From a candidate division WOR-3 bacterium (GTDB lineage: Bacteria > Hydrothermota > Tepidihabitantia > SM23-42), in NCBI GenBank assembly GCA_014859085.1, contig JACUUY010000002.1, positions 1-51,771 of the forward strand: a DNA stretch of 51,771 bases. The letters are read 5' to 3'. The position numbers and the translations under genes are program-made. The notes beneath the pieces were generated by a model. It worked only from the letters and a program-made list of their open reading frames with translations, did not search any database and had not been told where the DNA came from. Shown piece after piece: positions 17,347-25,029 of the stretch (position 1 is the stretch's first letter; each line of letters opens with the position of its first letter).

Positions 17347-18399
17347 CTATTTCGCTTCAACGATGGTTTTGGCGATATCTTCGGGCAGGACGCCGGGTGA
17401 TTCGATCTTCTTTTCGGCATAGGTCTTGGTCAGCTCTTCTTCGATCACATCGCGGTCAAAGTTTTTGTTTTTGAGGGCATTTTCCACATCATTGAGCGCC
17501 GCCTTTGGAAAGAGGTTAAAATCGCCGGAGACGACGATATCTTTGATCCGCGTTTTGTTCTCGATCTCCTCGGCGCTTCTTATCAGACCGCCTTTTGCCT
17601 TGTAGAGACCATAGAGGATCTCGATGCCTTCCTTTATTTTTACGCCCTGAGGAATACGCGGTGTCTTCTTATGGAGGAATTCATCAGACATGAACCACTG
17701 TTCGATCTCTTTAATCTTCCTGATCGTGGCATCATCGAGGGTGACCGGTTCCAGCCGTCCCAGGATACGCTCGAAGTTCTCGACCAGGATGCGTTTGATC
17801 TCGTTCCTGGCAGGGATCTCGCCCAGCTCGCGTTTCATGGTCGTGAGGTTCTCTTCCATGCTTTTGTATATTTTGTCGCGGAATTTCTCGTCGGGCACTT
17901 TGAGCACCCGGCTCATGGTCTCATAATCAAAATCCATCAATATACCGCCGACAAAGACCATGGAATCGCCGATGTCACCGCCGCCCTCACCGGCGATCTT
18001 CTTACCTTTATCGGTAATGATGTCATTCTCGGCGCGGAACGAGGCGTTGATGCCGAACGCGCGATAGGTTTCGCACGCCGGCACTGAGAGATACTGGAAG
18101 ATCTCTTTGATGTTGCGGGGAAGCTTTGGATTCCTGGAGTTCCAGATCACTTGATAAAATATCTGGTTCTCGTCAAGATAGGTCGCGCCGCCGCCGACTT
18201 CCCGGCGCATGACCGAGATATTATGCTGCGCGCAGTATTCCAGGTCGATCTCCTTTTCCGCGTCCTGGAAATAACCGACGCTGGCCAGCGGTTGCGCCGG
18301 TGACACGATAATGAGTCCTTCGTAGCCGAGCCGCGCCAGGGCGTGGAATATGAGCATCGAATCCTGCCCCGGCATTTTGTCCAGATTCAGAACGTTCAC
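17347..18399 (-). CDS. lplA: Lipoate--protein ligase family protein (LplA-like)
   Basis: The BPL/LplA/LipB catalytic domain is recognisable: SVGYFQDAEKEIDLEYCAQHNISVMRREVGGGATYLDENQ and the conserved-Lys region DKGKKIAGEGG. The start is GTG, preceded by AAAGGAG. Confidence 0.85.
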   Translation of the reverse strand: MNVLNLDKMPGQDSMLIFHALARLGYEGLIIVSPAQPLASVGYFQDAEKEIDLEYCAQHNISVMRREVGGGATYLDENQIFYQVIWNSRNPKLPRNIKEIFQYLSVPACETYRAFGINASFRAENDIITDKGKKIAGEGGGDIGDSMVFVGGILMDFDYETMSRVLKVPDEKFRDKIYKSMEENLTTMKRELGEIPARNEIKRILVENFERILGRLEPVTLDDATIRKIKEIEQWFMSDEFLHKKTPRIPQGVKIKEGIEILYGLYKAKGGLIRSAEEIENKTRIKDIVVSGDFNLFPKAALNDVENALKNKNFDRDVIEEELTKTYAEKKIESPGVLPEDIAKTIVEAK

Positions 18400-18428
18400 T
18401 ATTTTTCTCCTTTCTCAATAATGGTCAT
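18399..18428 (-). CDS. Candidate mini-ORF (MTIIEKGEK) at the 3' end of repeat element copy B
   Basis: GAAGG lies 6 nt upstream of the ATG. The TAG stop (18401-18399) overlaps the GTG start of lplA (18399-18397) by one nucleotide (TAGTG). Confidence 0.2.
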   Translation of the reverse strand: MTIIEKGEK

Positions 18429-18512
18429 ATTGTGCCTTCGCGAATTTTGCCCATATCTTCGATATGGCTGTAAAATTCAGCGTCCCGCACTGGAGTGCGG
18501 GGGTATTGCCTT
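18426..18512 (-). repeat. Conserved structured intercistronic element, copy B
   Basis: It has the same architecture as copy A. Hairpin 1 is CCCGCAC-uCCa-GUGCGGG (18484-18501). Hairpin 2 spans 18442-18478, with the outer stem GAATTTT/AAAATTC and the inner stem CCATATC-GAA-GATATGG. The glcD-like reading frame terminates at a TGA inside the conserved core. Confidence 0.6.
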
Positions 18513-19922
18513 GTCCGCCTTGCCAACCGGCAGTACCTTCCCCGGATTGAGGACATTCTTCGGGTCGAACGCCTGCTTTATCTTCTTCATCAACGCGATC
18601 TGCTTTTCATCCAGCGCCATTGCCAGGTAAGGTATTTTCGAAAGGCCGACGCCGTGTTCGGCTGTTATCGCGCCGCCCAGCGAGAGAGTGATCTCGTATA
18701 TCTCACGGCGCATCCGATCGATGTGCGCGGCGTCCATGTTCCTTGTCTTATCGATGCTCACATCGGCATGGATGTTTCCGTCGCCGAGGTGGCCGAAGGT
18801 GTAGACCGTAGCGTCATACTTGCCGACGCATTCCTTCAACCGGCTGATGAGTTGAGGGATCTGTTTTTTGGGAACGACGAGATCTTCGCGCGCCACGTTC
18901 TTGGTCAGTTCTTTCAATGTGTCGCCGACCTTCTTGCGGGGCTCCCACATTCTTTCTTTATCCCTGGTTCCCTCGGCCACGAGTATGTCGAGCGCGCCGT
19001 GTTTCAGCGCTATCTCGCCGATACGGTCATAGGTTTTCCTTACCGTTTTCTTGTCATCGCCGTCAATCTCGACGATCGTGTGGGCGTTCGCATCCATGTA
19101 GGGTATTTGTCGCGCAAGGTACTTTGATACCATGTGCACCACATCGCCCTCCATGAATTCGATTGAGGCCGGCATGAGGCCGGTCTGCATGACCTCCACG
19201 GCAAAATCCGTTGCTTCTTCGACGCAGGCAAAGGGGACGAGAAGGTCAACGATGACCTTGGGCAGGGGTAGGACCCGGATCGTCGCTTCGGTCACGATGG
19301 CGAGGGTTCCTTCTGAGCCGGTGATCAGGTTAATGAGGTCGTATCCAGTGGCGTTCTTCAGTAATTTGCCGCCCATCTTCAGCACCGTGCCGTCGGCAAG
19401 AACAGCGGTGATGCCGGTTACATAGTTTCTTGTCACTCCGTATTTCATTGCCCGCGGTCCGCCCGCGCACTCGGCAATATTGCCGCCGATCGTGCATGAA
19501 TCGAGGCTGACCGGGTCGGGCGGGAAGAAAAGGCCATGTTTTGCCAGCTCTTTGCCCAGTTGTTCGGTGACGATGCCGGGTTGGGTCGTGACCATCATGT
19601 TGTCCTCGTCGATCTCGACTATCTTGTTCATTCTCTCGAGCGAGAGGACGATGCCGCCGTGAATGGGCACGGCGCCGGCCGACAGGCACGTGCCGCCGCC
19701 CCGAGGCGTGACCGGGATGTTGTTTTCGTGGGCAAGAAGCATGATCCGGGCCACCTGGTCCGTGGTATCAGGCCGAACGACTGCTTCGGGCATTGCCTTG
19801 TACAACGGTGTTTCGTCATGCGCGTAGTTCTCCAGGGTCTCCGGGTCGGTAATGACATTCGCCGCCCCGGCGATCTCTATCAACTCGTGGAGTATCCGGT
19901 CATCGACCTTGGCATAGGGCAT
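18477..19922 (-). CDS. glcD: FAD-linked oxidase, GlcD / D-2-hydroxyacid dehydrogenase family
   Basis: The FAD_binding_4 region is IPVTPRGGGTCLSAGAVP and the C-terminal oxidase domain shows FGHLGDGNIH and ITAEHGVGL. The usual family ending NPGKVLP is followed by 16 extra residues encoded by repeat copy B. Confidence 0.9.
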   Translation of the reverse strand: MPYAKVDDRILHELIEIAGAANVITDPETLENYAHDETPLYKAMPEAVVRPDTTDQVARIMLLAHENNIPVTPRGGGTCLSAGAVPIHGGIVLSLERMNKIVEIDEDNMMVTTQPGIVTEQLGKELAKHGLFFPPDPVSLDSCTIGGNIAECAGGPRAMKYGVTRNYVTGITAVLADGTVLKMGGKLLKNATGYDLINLITGSEGTLAIVTEATIRVLPLPKVIVDLLVPFACVEEATDFAVEVMQTGLMPASIEFMEGDVVHMVSKYLARQIPYMDANAHTIVEIDGDDKKTVRKTYDRIGEIALKHGALDILVAEGTRDKERMWEPRKKVGDTLKELTKNVAREDLVVPKKQIPQLISRLKECVGKYDATVYTFGHLGDGNIHADVSIDKTRNMDAAHIDRMRREIYEITLSLGGAITAEHGVGLSKIPYLAMALDEKQIALMKKIKQAFDPKNVLNPGKVLPVGKADKAIPPHSSAGR

Positions 19923-19930
19923 ATGTGTCT

Positions 19931-19958
19931 ATTATACACAATTTCAACGGTATTTCAA
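19931..19958 (-). promoter_or_regulatory. Sigma70-type promoter TTGAAA-16-TATAAT; glcD-like mRNA would be leaderless
   Basis: The minus strand reads TTGAAA taccgttgaaattgtg TATAAT agacacat ATG. Only 8 nt separate the -10 box from the start codon, and there is no SD. Confidence 0.55.
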
Positions 19959-19976
19959 GAAAGTGTGTAGAATCGT

Positions 19977-20150
19977 CTACTTACCGGGCCGTATTTTGTA
20001 TTTGTTCGTCTTATACCGCAGCACGCGTTCGGAAATGCCGAGTTCGGCCGCGGCTTTTGATTGATTACCGTCGGTTCTCGCCAGGGCCTCTCGGATCATC
20101 TCCATTTCGATCCGGGCGACGGCCTCGTTGAGCAGGCCAGACGGTATCGT
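19977..20150 (-). pseudogene. Orphan Fis-type (HTH_8) DNA-binding domain; remnant of a sigma54 enhancer-binding protein, or a very small standalone HTH
   Basis: The C-terminal sequence LLNEAVARIEMEMIREALARTDGNQSKAAAELGISERVLRYKTNKYKI is a clear HTH_8. No AAA+ or receiver domain lies upstream. The only in-frame ATGs (20105 and 20099, the two Met of MEMIREAL) lack an SD. The rest of the 145-aa ORF is low-complexity and overlaps a plus-strand promoter and gene. Confidence 0.4.
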
Positions 20151-20189
20151 GTGTGGAGTTCTCTGGCACGCTAAAGAAAAAGGTCCGTG

Positions 20190-20218
20190 CTTGACATCGT
20201 CCTTCGGCGTGCCTACAA
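20190..20218 (+). promoter_or_regulatory. Sigma70-type promoter TTGACA-17-TACAAT for the 20319 lipoprotein gene
   Basis: The sequence is TTGACA tcgtccttcggcgtgcc TACAAT. SD GGAGG lies 5 nt before the ATG at 20319. Confidence 0.55.
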
Positions 20219-20318
20219 TCTGCCGCGAGTGGTGCGTACAGCATTGCTTCGTGATCAACGATTCGGACGGCTGATTTGCTTCATAATGAGGTCGAGATCG
20301 TGGAAATAGGGAGGAACA

Positions 20319-21125
20319 ATGGGTAGCAGAGTAATGGTTTTCGTGTGTATGGCCGCGATCTCTGTTGTTATGATCGGCGGCGGTTGTGGGGGCGATAAGG
20401 TATTGGTCGTCCAATGCTTTCCGACGGATATTGGCAACTGGTGGGAATATGAGTTCCTATCTCTCATCGTCGTGTACGACACGGTAAGCAACGATACGAG
20501 CGAATATCTGTATGTTAACAGTTTGCGCGATGAGATCGACGGTATGGATCAATTGTCCGGCTGGCAGTGCTACAGATTCAACCAGACTTGGGTTCCTCAT
20601 ATTCGCTGGTTCGCTCATCCCGATACGGCTTTTCTCTTCATCGCCCAGATAGTATCGACAGATTCATCCACGAGCAGTCAGCCGCTCGGTGGCCTGTGTT
20701 TCATCGTGAATGGCATAACCTTTCATTCGCCCGGCGAACTGGCTTCTTACTTCAGATATCTTCTCGCCGGAATTCCCTGGGATACCGATCTCGATACTCT
20801 CTACATTACGCCACCACATAAATGGTATGTATACCCATTAAGCGTTGGACGATCCTGGGTGAAAATGACCGATCCCTGGTATGAGGAACGGGAGGTTGTG
20901 GCCGAGGATTCAGTTACCGTGAGCGCCGGTGACTTCCATGCGCTGAAAGTGCGGGTGACGTCCGATATCACGATTGACTTATATTGGTCCTTATGGATTG
21001 CGGAGCAGGGGATGATAAGAGACAGCATGTATGCACCGGGAATCGCCACGAATGCGGTGGGCGATACGATCGGCTATTTTGATTCCTACACAATTCGCGA
21101 ATTGATTTCATATCATATTGAATGA
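20319..21125 (+). CDS. Lipoprotein of unknown function
   Basis: The signal peptide with a lipobox-like Cys is MGSRVMVFVCMAAISVVMIGGGCGG. The SD is strong. I recognise no family. Confidence 0.75.
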   Translation: MGSRVMVFVCMAAISVVMIGGGCGGDKVLVVQCFPTDIGNWWEYEFLSLIVVYDTVSNDTSEYLYVNSLRDEIDGMDQLSGWQCYRFNQTWVPHIRWFAHPDTAFLFIAQIVSTDSSTSSQPLGGLCFIVNGITFHSPGELASYFRYLLAGIPWDTDLDTLYITPPHKWYVYPLSVGRSWVKMTDPWYEEREVVAEDSVTVSAGDFHALKVRVTSDITIDLYWSLWIAEQGMIRDSMYAPGIATNAVGDTIGYFDSYTIRELISYHIE

Positions 21126-21164
21126 AGGTGCTCGAAACATAGAGCGATCGCGCGCACTTCAAGG

Positions 21165-21192
21165 TTGAAATCAATATGGTTCTGTCTATACT
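21165..21192 (+). promoter_or_regulatory. Sigma70-type promoter TTGAAA-16-TATACT; downstream mRNA would be leaderless
   Basis: The sequence is TTGAAA tcaatatggttctgtc TATACT. The first ATG (21193) abuts the -10 box, and the in-frame ATG at 21199 is 6 nt downstream. Confidence 0.5.
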
Positions 21193-21198
21193 ATGGTC

Positions 21199-22302
21199 AT
21201 GTCCAGGTTATTGCAGGCAACAAAGAGCACGAAGAATTATGCTTTCCGTGATTGGTTATGCGACAACAGCGGTCCGATCGTCCGATACCTTGTTGCACGA
21301 GATCTTGCCAGGTCTGCGAAGTATGACCTGAAGCGCCTGCAAGGAGTCGTGCTGGAATCGAGTATTGTCCGTTATTGGCTGGGATGCTTGACCGGCCGCA
21401 CCGGTTTCAATGACATCTACGGCTGCCGCGACACGTGTTTTGAAAACGCAATGGGCAAATTGACCTTGTTTGGCCTGCGCAAGGGCGTGAGCGATCTTGA
21501 CCGGTGTTGTGTTCCTTACCTTGCCTGGCTGGAACAGAACACGCGTTCCAGAAGGAAGGATGTGCTGTTCGATCTGAGTCGTGCAATTGTCGCTTCGTTC
21601 CTCGCCATGGCTGGGTATCTCTCTGAGAGATGTGTGCGCGATTCCGTTCTCCAACGGCTCGCTGCGATCTACTATTTCGTGAAAAGCAACGATTTCACGA
21701 TCTACGCAGAAAAGTCAGGGTTCCGAGGCATTCCTGTGGCATTTCGCAGGCATCCCCTGGTCAACCCCGAGCTCTACTCGAACCATGGTTTCCCGCTGCC
21801 ATGGATCTACGATATCCTGGCGTTCCGAGCCCTACGAACACACCTGGGGGATGGCGCAATCGACAGTCGCGTGGAGCGAGTTATATCGTATGTCCTGGAT
21901 CCACGCTACCAGCAGTTTTACGAAGGGTATGGCATTGTGCGCGCAAGGAATAACCGGTATTATGCGATGGGCTGGAATGTATGGTTGCCTCGCTATCGCG
22001 GTCTGCATGCTGACTCCCCAGAGATGGGATGCCTCGTTCAGAGGCTTGAGCTGCTGTCCCGGTTCCATATTGCCCGGTCCAGCAGATGGTTCAAGGAAAA
22101 TCTGGAGATGCTCGAGGGTCACAGAAATCAGTCTGGCAGGTATGCATTCCCAAAGAACTACATCCAAGAAAGACAGAATTCATATTATGTTACAGGCGGC
22201 CATATGGGGCTCGGTGAAAATCGCCGTCAGCGTCTAACCCGTGAGATCGAATCAACATATTGGATGGTGCGGATCCATAATAACGTCGGTACTGCGTCGT
22301 AG
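21199..22302 (+). CDS. Hypothetical alpha-helical protein (about 367 aa)
   Basis: This is a long ORF with sense-like composition. I chose the start at 21199 because of the promoter geometry; 21193 is also possible. I recognise no motif. Confidence 0.65.
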   Translation: MSRLLQATKSTKNYAFRDWLCDNSGPIVRYLVARDLARSAKYDLKRLQGVVLESSIVRYWLGCLTGRTGFNDIYGCRDTCFENAMGKLTLFGLRKGVSDLDRCCVPYLAWLEQNTRSRRKDVLFDLSRAIVASFLAMAGYLSERCVRDSVLQRLAAIYYFVKSNDFTIYAEKSGFRGIPVAFRRHPLVNPELYSNHGFPLPWIYDILAFRALRTHLGDGAIDSRVERVISYVLDPRYQQFYEGYGIVRARNNRYYAMGWNVWLPRYRGLHADSPEMGCLVQRLELLSRFHIARSSRWFKENLEMLEGHRNQSGRYAFPKNYIQERQNSYYVTGGHMGLGENRRQRLTREIESTYWMVRIHNNVGTAS

Positions 22303-22322
22303 TCATCTGAAGGAGGGAATGT

Positions 22323-22757
22323 GTGGCAAGGATGAAACTGGAAATGCCCGCGAAGTTCGCATTCGCGACGGACATACCCGTGTGCATAAGCAATATCAAT
22401 TACGGCGGGCATCTGGGCAACGATTCATTGCTTTCGCTGATACACGAAGCGCGCATGCGATTCCTGAAGCATCACGGGTTCAGCGAATCCGATATCGGTG
22501 GGGCCGGAATAATTATGGTCGATACGGCGATCCTCTACAAGTCAGAGAGTTTTCACGGCGATGTTCTGACCTTCGAGGTTGCCGTGGACAACGTCGGCCG
22601 GTCCGGCTGCGATTTCTTCTTCCGCGTGACGAACAAGGCGACGAAGAAAGAGGTTGCTTGTGCCAAAACGGGTGTTGTTTTTTTTGACTACGCGGCCCGG
22701 AAGGTGGTCAGTACACCGCCCGCGTTCATAGAATTATTCGGCCGGGCCGGTCGTTGA
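22323..22757 (+). CDS. Hotdog-fold acyl-CoA thioesterase (4HBT/YbgC-like)
   Basis: The sequence NINYGGHLGNDSLLSLIHEARMRFL...IIMVDTAILYKSESFHGDVLTFEV...FFFRV fits the family. AGGAGG lies 5 nt before the GTG at 22323. Confidence 0.85.
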   Translation: MARMKLEMPAKFAFATDIPVCISNINYGGHLGNDSLLSLIHEARMRFLKHHGFSESDIGGAGIIMVDTAILYKSESFHGDVLTFEVAVDNVGRSGCDFFFRVTNKATKKEVACAKTGVVFFDYAARKVVSTPPAFIELFGRAGR

Positions 22758-22792
22758 CATGGTCATAGTCATCTGTTCAACTGGAGGTGCAG

Positions 22793-23479
22793 GTGAAGAT
22801 AGTGCAGGCAAATAGTCTGGCCGCGACATTAGACCGTCTTAATGAAGTCTTCTTCACGGGCCGGCCCTTGCCCGCGAATGAACGGAAAAGGGTGGCGTCC
22901 TGGATCGCATCGCGCCAGGGAGCGGAGGGTTCTTACCGCGGCATGTTCGCGCCGACCCCGCTCGATTACCGAAGAGGTATCACACTCTTCACCGGCGAGC
23001 GCGTGGTTTCCGGCGCAGCGATCGGCCACATACTGGGCGAAGAGGCGAGCCGGGCATTGATCCTGCTGAATGGCAGTTCTGAAATCGCGCAGGAAGCATT
23101 GAAAAAGTCGAACAAAGGCATAATCAAAGCATTGATGAACTGCGAGATGCCTGGACGGCCGCGTGGCTTCTATTGCTGCGGCACGTGCACTGCGGCGATG
23201 TGGCGGCATTTGGCCGCGGGCGGGTTAAACAAGTCTCGAAAGCGTCTCAGTCATGGACTGAAGGGACTTCGAAAATACCGGGACGGCGTGGGCAAGTGGC
23301 GCCGGTTTCCTTTCTATTACACATTGCTGGCGCTGAGCGAGATCGAAGACAAACAGGCATTGGATGAAATGCGCTACGCGGCTATGGTGTGCGAAAGATA
23401 TCTAAAGCGCGGCAGGGTAAAAAGCAAGGTCATCACGCGCCGGCGTGCGCTGATAGAACGCGTGCTGGCAAAGTGTTAG
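22793..23479 (+). CDS. Hypothetical protein with a weak prenyltransferase/terpene-cyclase-like repeat
   Basis: VASWIASRQGAEGSYRG resembles the Q-x-x-D/E-G-x-W/Y alpha/alpha-toroid repeat. I prefer the GTG at 22793 because the one at 22787 overlaps the SD GGAGG. Confidence 0.6.
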   Translation: MKIVQANSLAATLDRLNEVFFTGRPLPANERKRVASWIASRQGAEGSYRGMFAPTPLDYRRGITLFTGERVVSGAAIGHILGEEASRALILLNGSSEIAQEALKKSNKGIIKALMNCEMPGRPRGFYCCGTCTAAMWRHLAAGGLNKSRKRLSHGLKGLRKYRDGVGKWRRFPFYYTLLALSEIEDKQALDEMRYAAMVCERYLKRGRVKSKVITRRRALIERVLAKC

Positions 23480-23505
23480 ACCGGATTATGAGAGGAGGTG
23501 TAACA

Positions 23506-24987
23506 ATGAAAAGCATTAGCAGGGTATTATCATCGATGAGCAGTCTTTCGATCTTCCTGACTCTCGTGATGGTGGCGCCATTCGTGCGGGCGCAGTGGCA
23601 AAATCCCGTGATCGACACGATAACGAACACGCAGGTCCAGAAGGCGACGACATTGCAGTCGCTCTGCCTTGATGACTCGGGGATGGTGCATATCGTCTGG
23701 CAGGAGCAGGTGGGCGGCAGCTGGCGCGTATACTATTGCACGAACCGCCCGGCCGGCACCTGGGGTGTGCCGCAGGCGGTCGGCGACACAACGCAGGCCG
23801 CGTCGGATCCGGCGGTCGCCTGGGGGTCGGACGGCGGGGTACCATTTGTCGTCTACGAGCAGAATTCAGATATCTATGCTGCGCCCTTGCCCGGCGGACC
23901 GTGGGAGCCCATCACCACCAACACGCAACTCGACTGCTCACCGACGATCGCGGTCGACGGTACGGGGTACCCCCACGCGGCCTGGATAACCGATGATCCG
24001 GGGAGCGGTCAGTACAAGATAGCGTATGCGGTTGGCCTCTTAGTAGTCGGTTCCAGCATTGTCTGGGATATCCAGACGCTGGCCGGCAGCAACCTCGGAC
24101 CCTATGGCACCGGTGCATCGCCTTTCATTGCCGTCACATCAGACGGCGTCGCGCACATCGTATACCGGGGCGGCGATTACGGGAGTTATCATATTCACCA
24201 TGCGTGGAATGATACCCTGGGCGGCACTGACTGGAACTACGAAATACTCTACAGCGGGAACGCGAATGATTTCACGGCGTCGATGGTCATTGAAGGCGAT
24301 GGCGATCTTCACCTGGCAGTGAGCGGGAACGACGGTTGGGGCTTCCCGGGCCGGGTCTATTACTTGTATAAGCCCTTTGGCCAGTCTTGGCAGCAGCACG
24401 CGCTGGCATCACTGGGCTACAGCGCAAGCCAGCCTTCACTTAGCGTTGACGGCAATGGCGAACCTCATATCGTGTGGATGGAAACGAGCGGTAACTTCTA
24501 TACCGGCAACATCTATTATTCGCACAAGCAGTCCGGCAACTGGCAAGTGACTTCTGTCATTGGCACCGACCACTTCGTGCCATCGTTCGGGATCGACGGA
24601 CCTGGCTACGGGCACATTGCGTGTCATACCGGCGGAAACACGAATCTGTATGATATTTATCATATTAGGAGCGGCAGCGTTCTCACGGGCATAGAAGAAT
24701 TAGAGGTTCCAGCGGGAGAAAACGGGCCGGGTAAAATATTGCACAACTATCCCAATCCGGCGAAAAGCTACTCACAGATAACTTATGGCAATGCAGTGTC
24801 AGGTTCGGTGACGCTCAAGGTATACAGCAGTGCCGGCCAGGAGATTGCAACTCTGCTCGATGAATTCAGACCGGCCGGCACGTACACGGTCAGCTGGCGG
24901 CCGCGGGATTTGAGCGCGGGCATATATTTCATTCGCCTCGGGACCGGTGGTTCGGTGCAAACCATGAAATGCGTTCTTGTTGAATGA
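23506..24987 (+). CDS. Secreted six-repeat (beta-propeller-like) protein with T9SS C-terminal sorting domain
   Basis: SD GAGGAGG precedes the ATG at 23506, and the signal peptide is MKSISRVLSSMSSLSIFLTLVMVAPFVRAQ. Six repeats share a D-x-G-x-x-H-(I/A/L)-(V/A)-(W/Y/V/C) pattern: GMVHIVW, GYPHAAW, GVAHIVY, GDLHLAV, GEPHIVW, GYGHIAC. The C-terminal tail is NYPNPAKSYSQITY...VTLKVYSSAGQEIATL...GIYFIRL. Confidence 0.85.
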   Translation: MKSISRVLSSMSSLSIFLTLVMVAPFVRAQWQNPVIDTITNTQVQKATTLQSLCLDDSGMVHIVWQEQVGGSWRVYYCTNRPAGTWGVPQAVGDTTQAASDPAVAWGSDGGVPFVVYEQNSDIYAAPLPGGPWEPITTNTQLDCSPTIAVDGTGYPHAAWITDDPGSGQYKIAYAVGLLVVGSSIVWDIQTLAGSNLGPYGTGASPFIAVTSDGVAHIVYRGGDYGSYHIHHAWNDTLGGTDWNYEILYSGNANDFTASMVIEGDGDLHLAVSGNDGWGFPGRVYYLYKPFGQSWQQHALASLGYSASQPSLSVDGNGEPHIVWMETSGNFYTGNIYYSHKQSGNWQVTSVIGTDHFVPSFGIDGPGYGHIACHTGGNTNLYDIYHIRSGSVLTGIEELEVPAGENGPGKILHNYPNPAKSYSQITYGNAVSGSVTLKVYSSAGQEIATLLDEFRPAGTYTVSWRPRDLSAGIYFIRLGTGGSVQTMKCVLVE

Positions 24988-25029
24988 ACATTGGATAGAT
25001 TCGGCAGGTGCAGGAGAAGGAGGTAAGGG

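Noticed and set aside
19977-20414. The full 145-aa minus-strand ORF as a real gene.
   Set aside because: Only the C-terminal HTH_8 part looks protein-like. The N-terminal 90 residues are low-complexity, overlap a strong plus-strand promoter (20190-20218) and the start of the SD-preceded lipoprotein gene, and have no translation signals.
23389-23505. N-terminal extensions proposed by the ORF track (23389 for the beta-propeller protein; similarly 43726 for flavodoxin, 26928 for the methyltransferase, 5406, 47608, 15773 and 17138).
   Set aside because: Internal ATG starts preceded by good SD sequences give proteins that begin with the expected signal peptide or family N-terminus. Some of the extensions overlap the preceding gene or use rare start codons.
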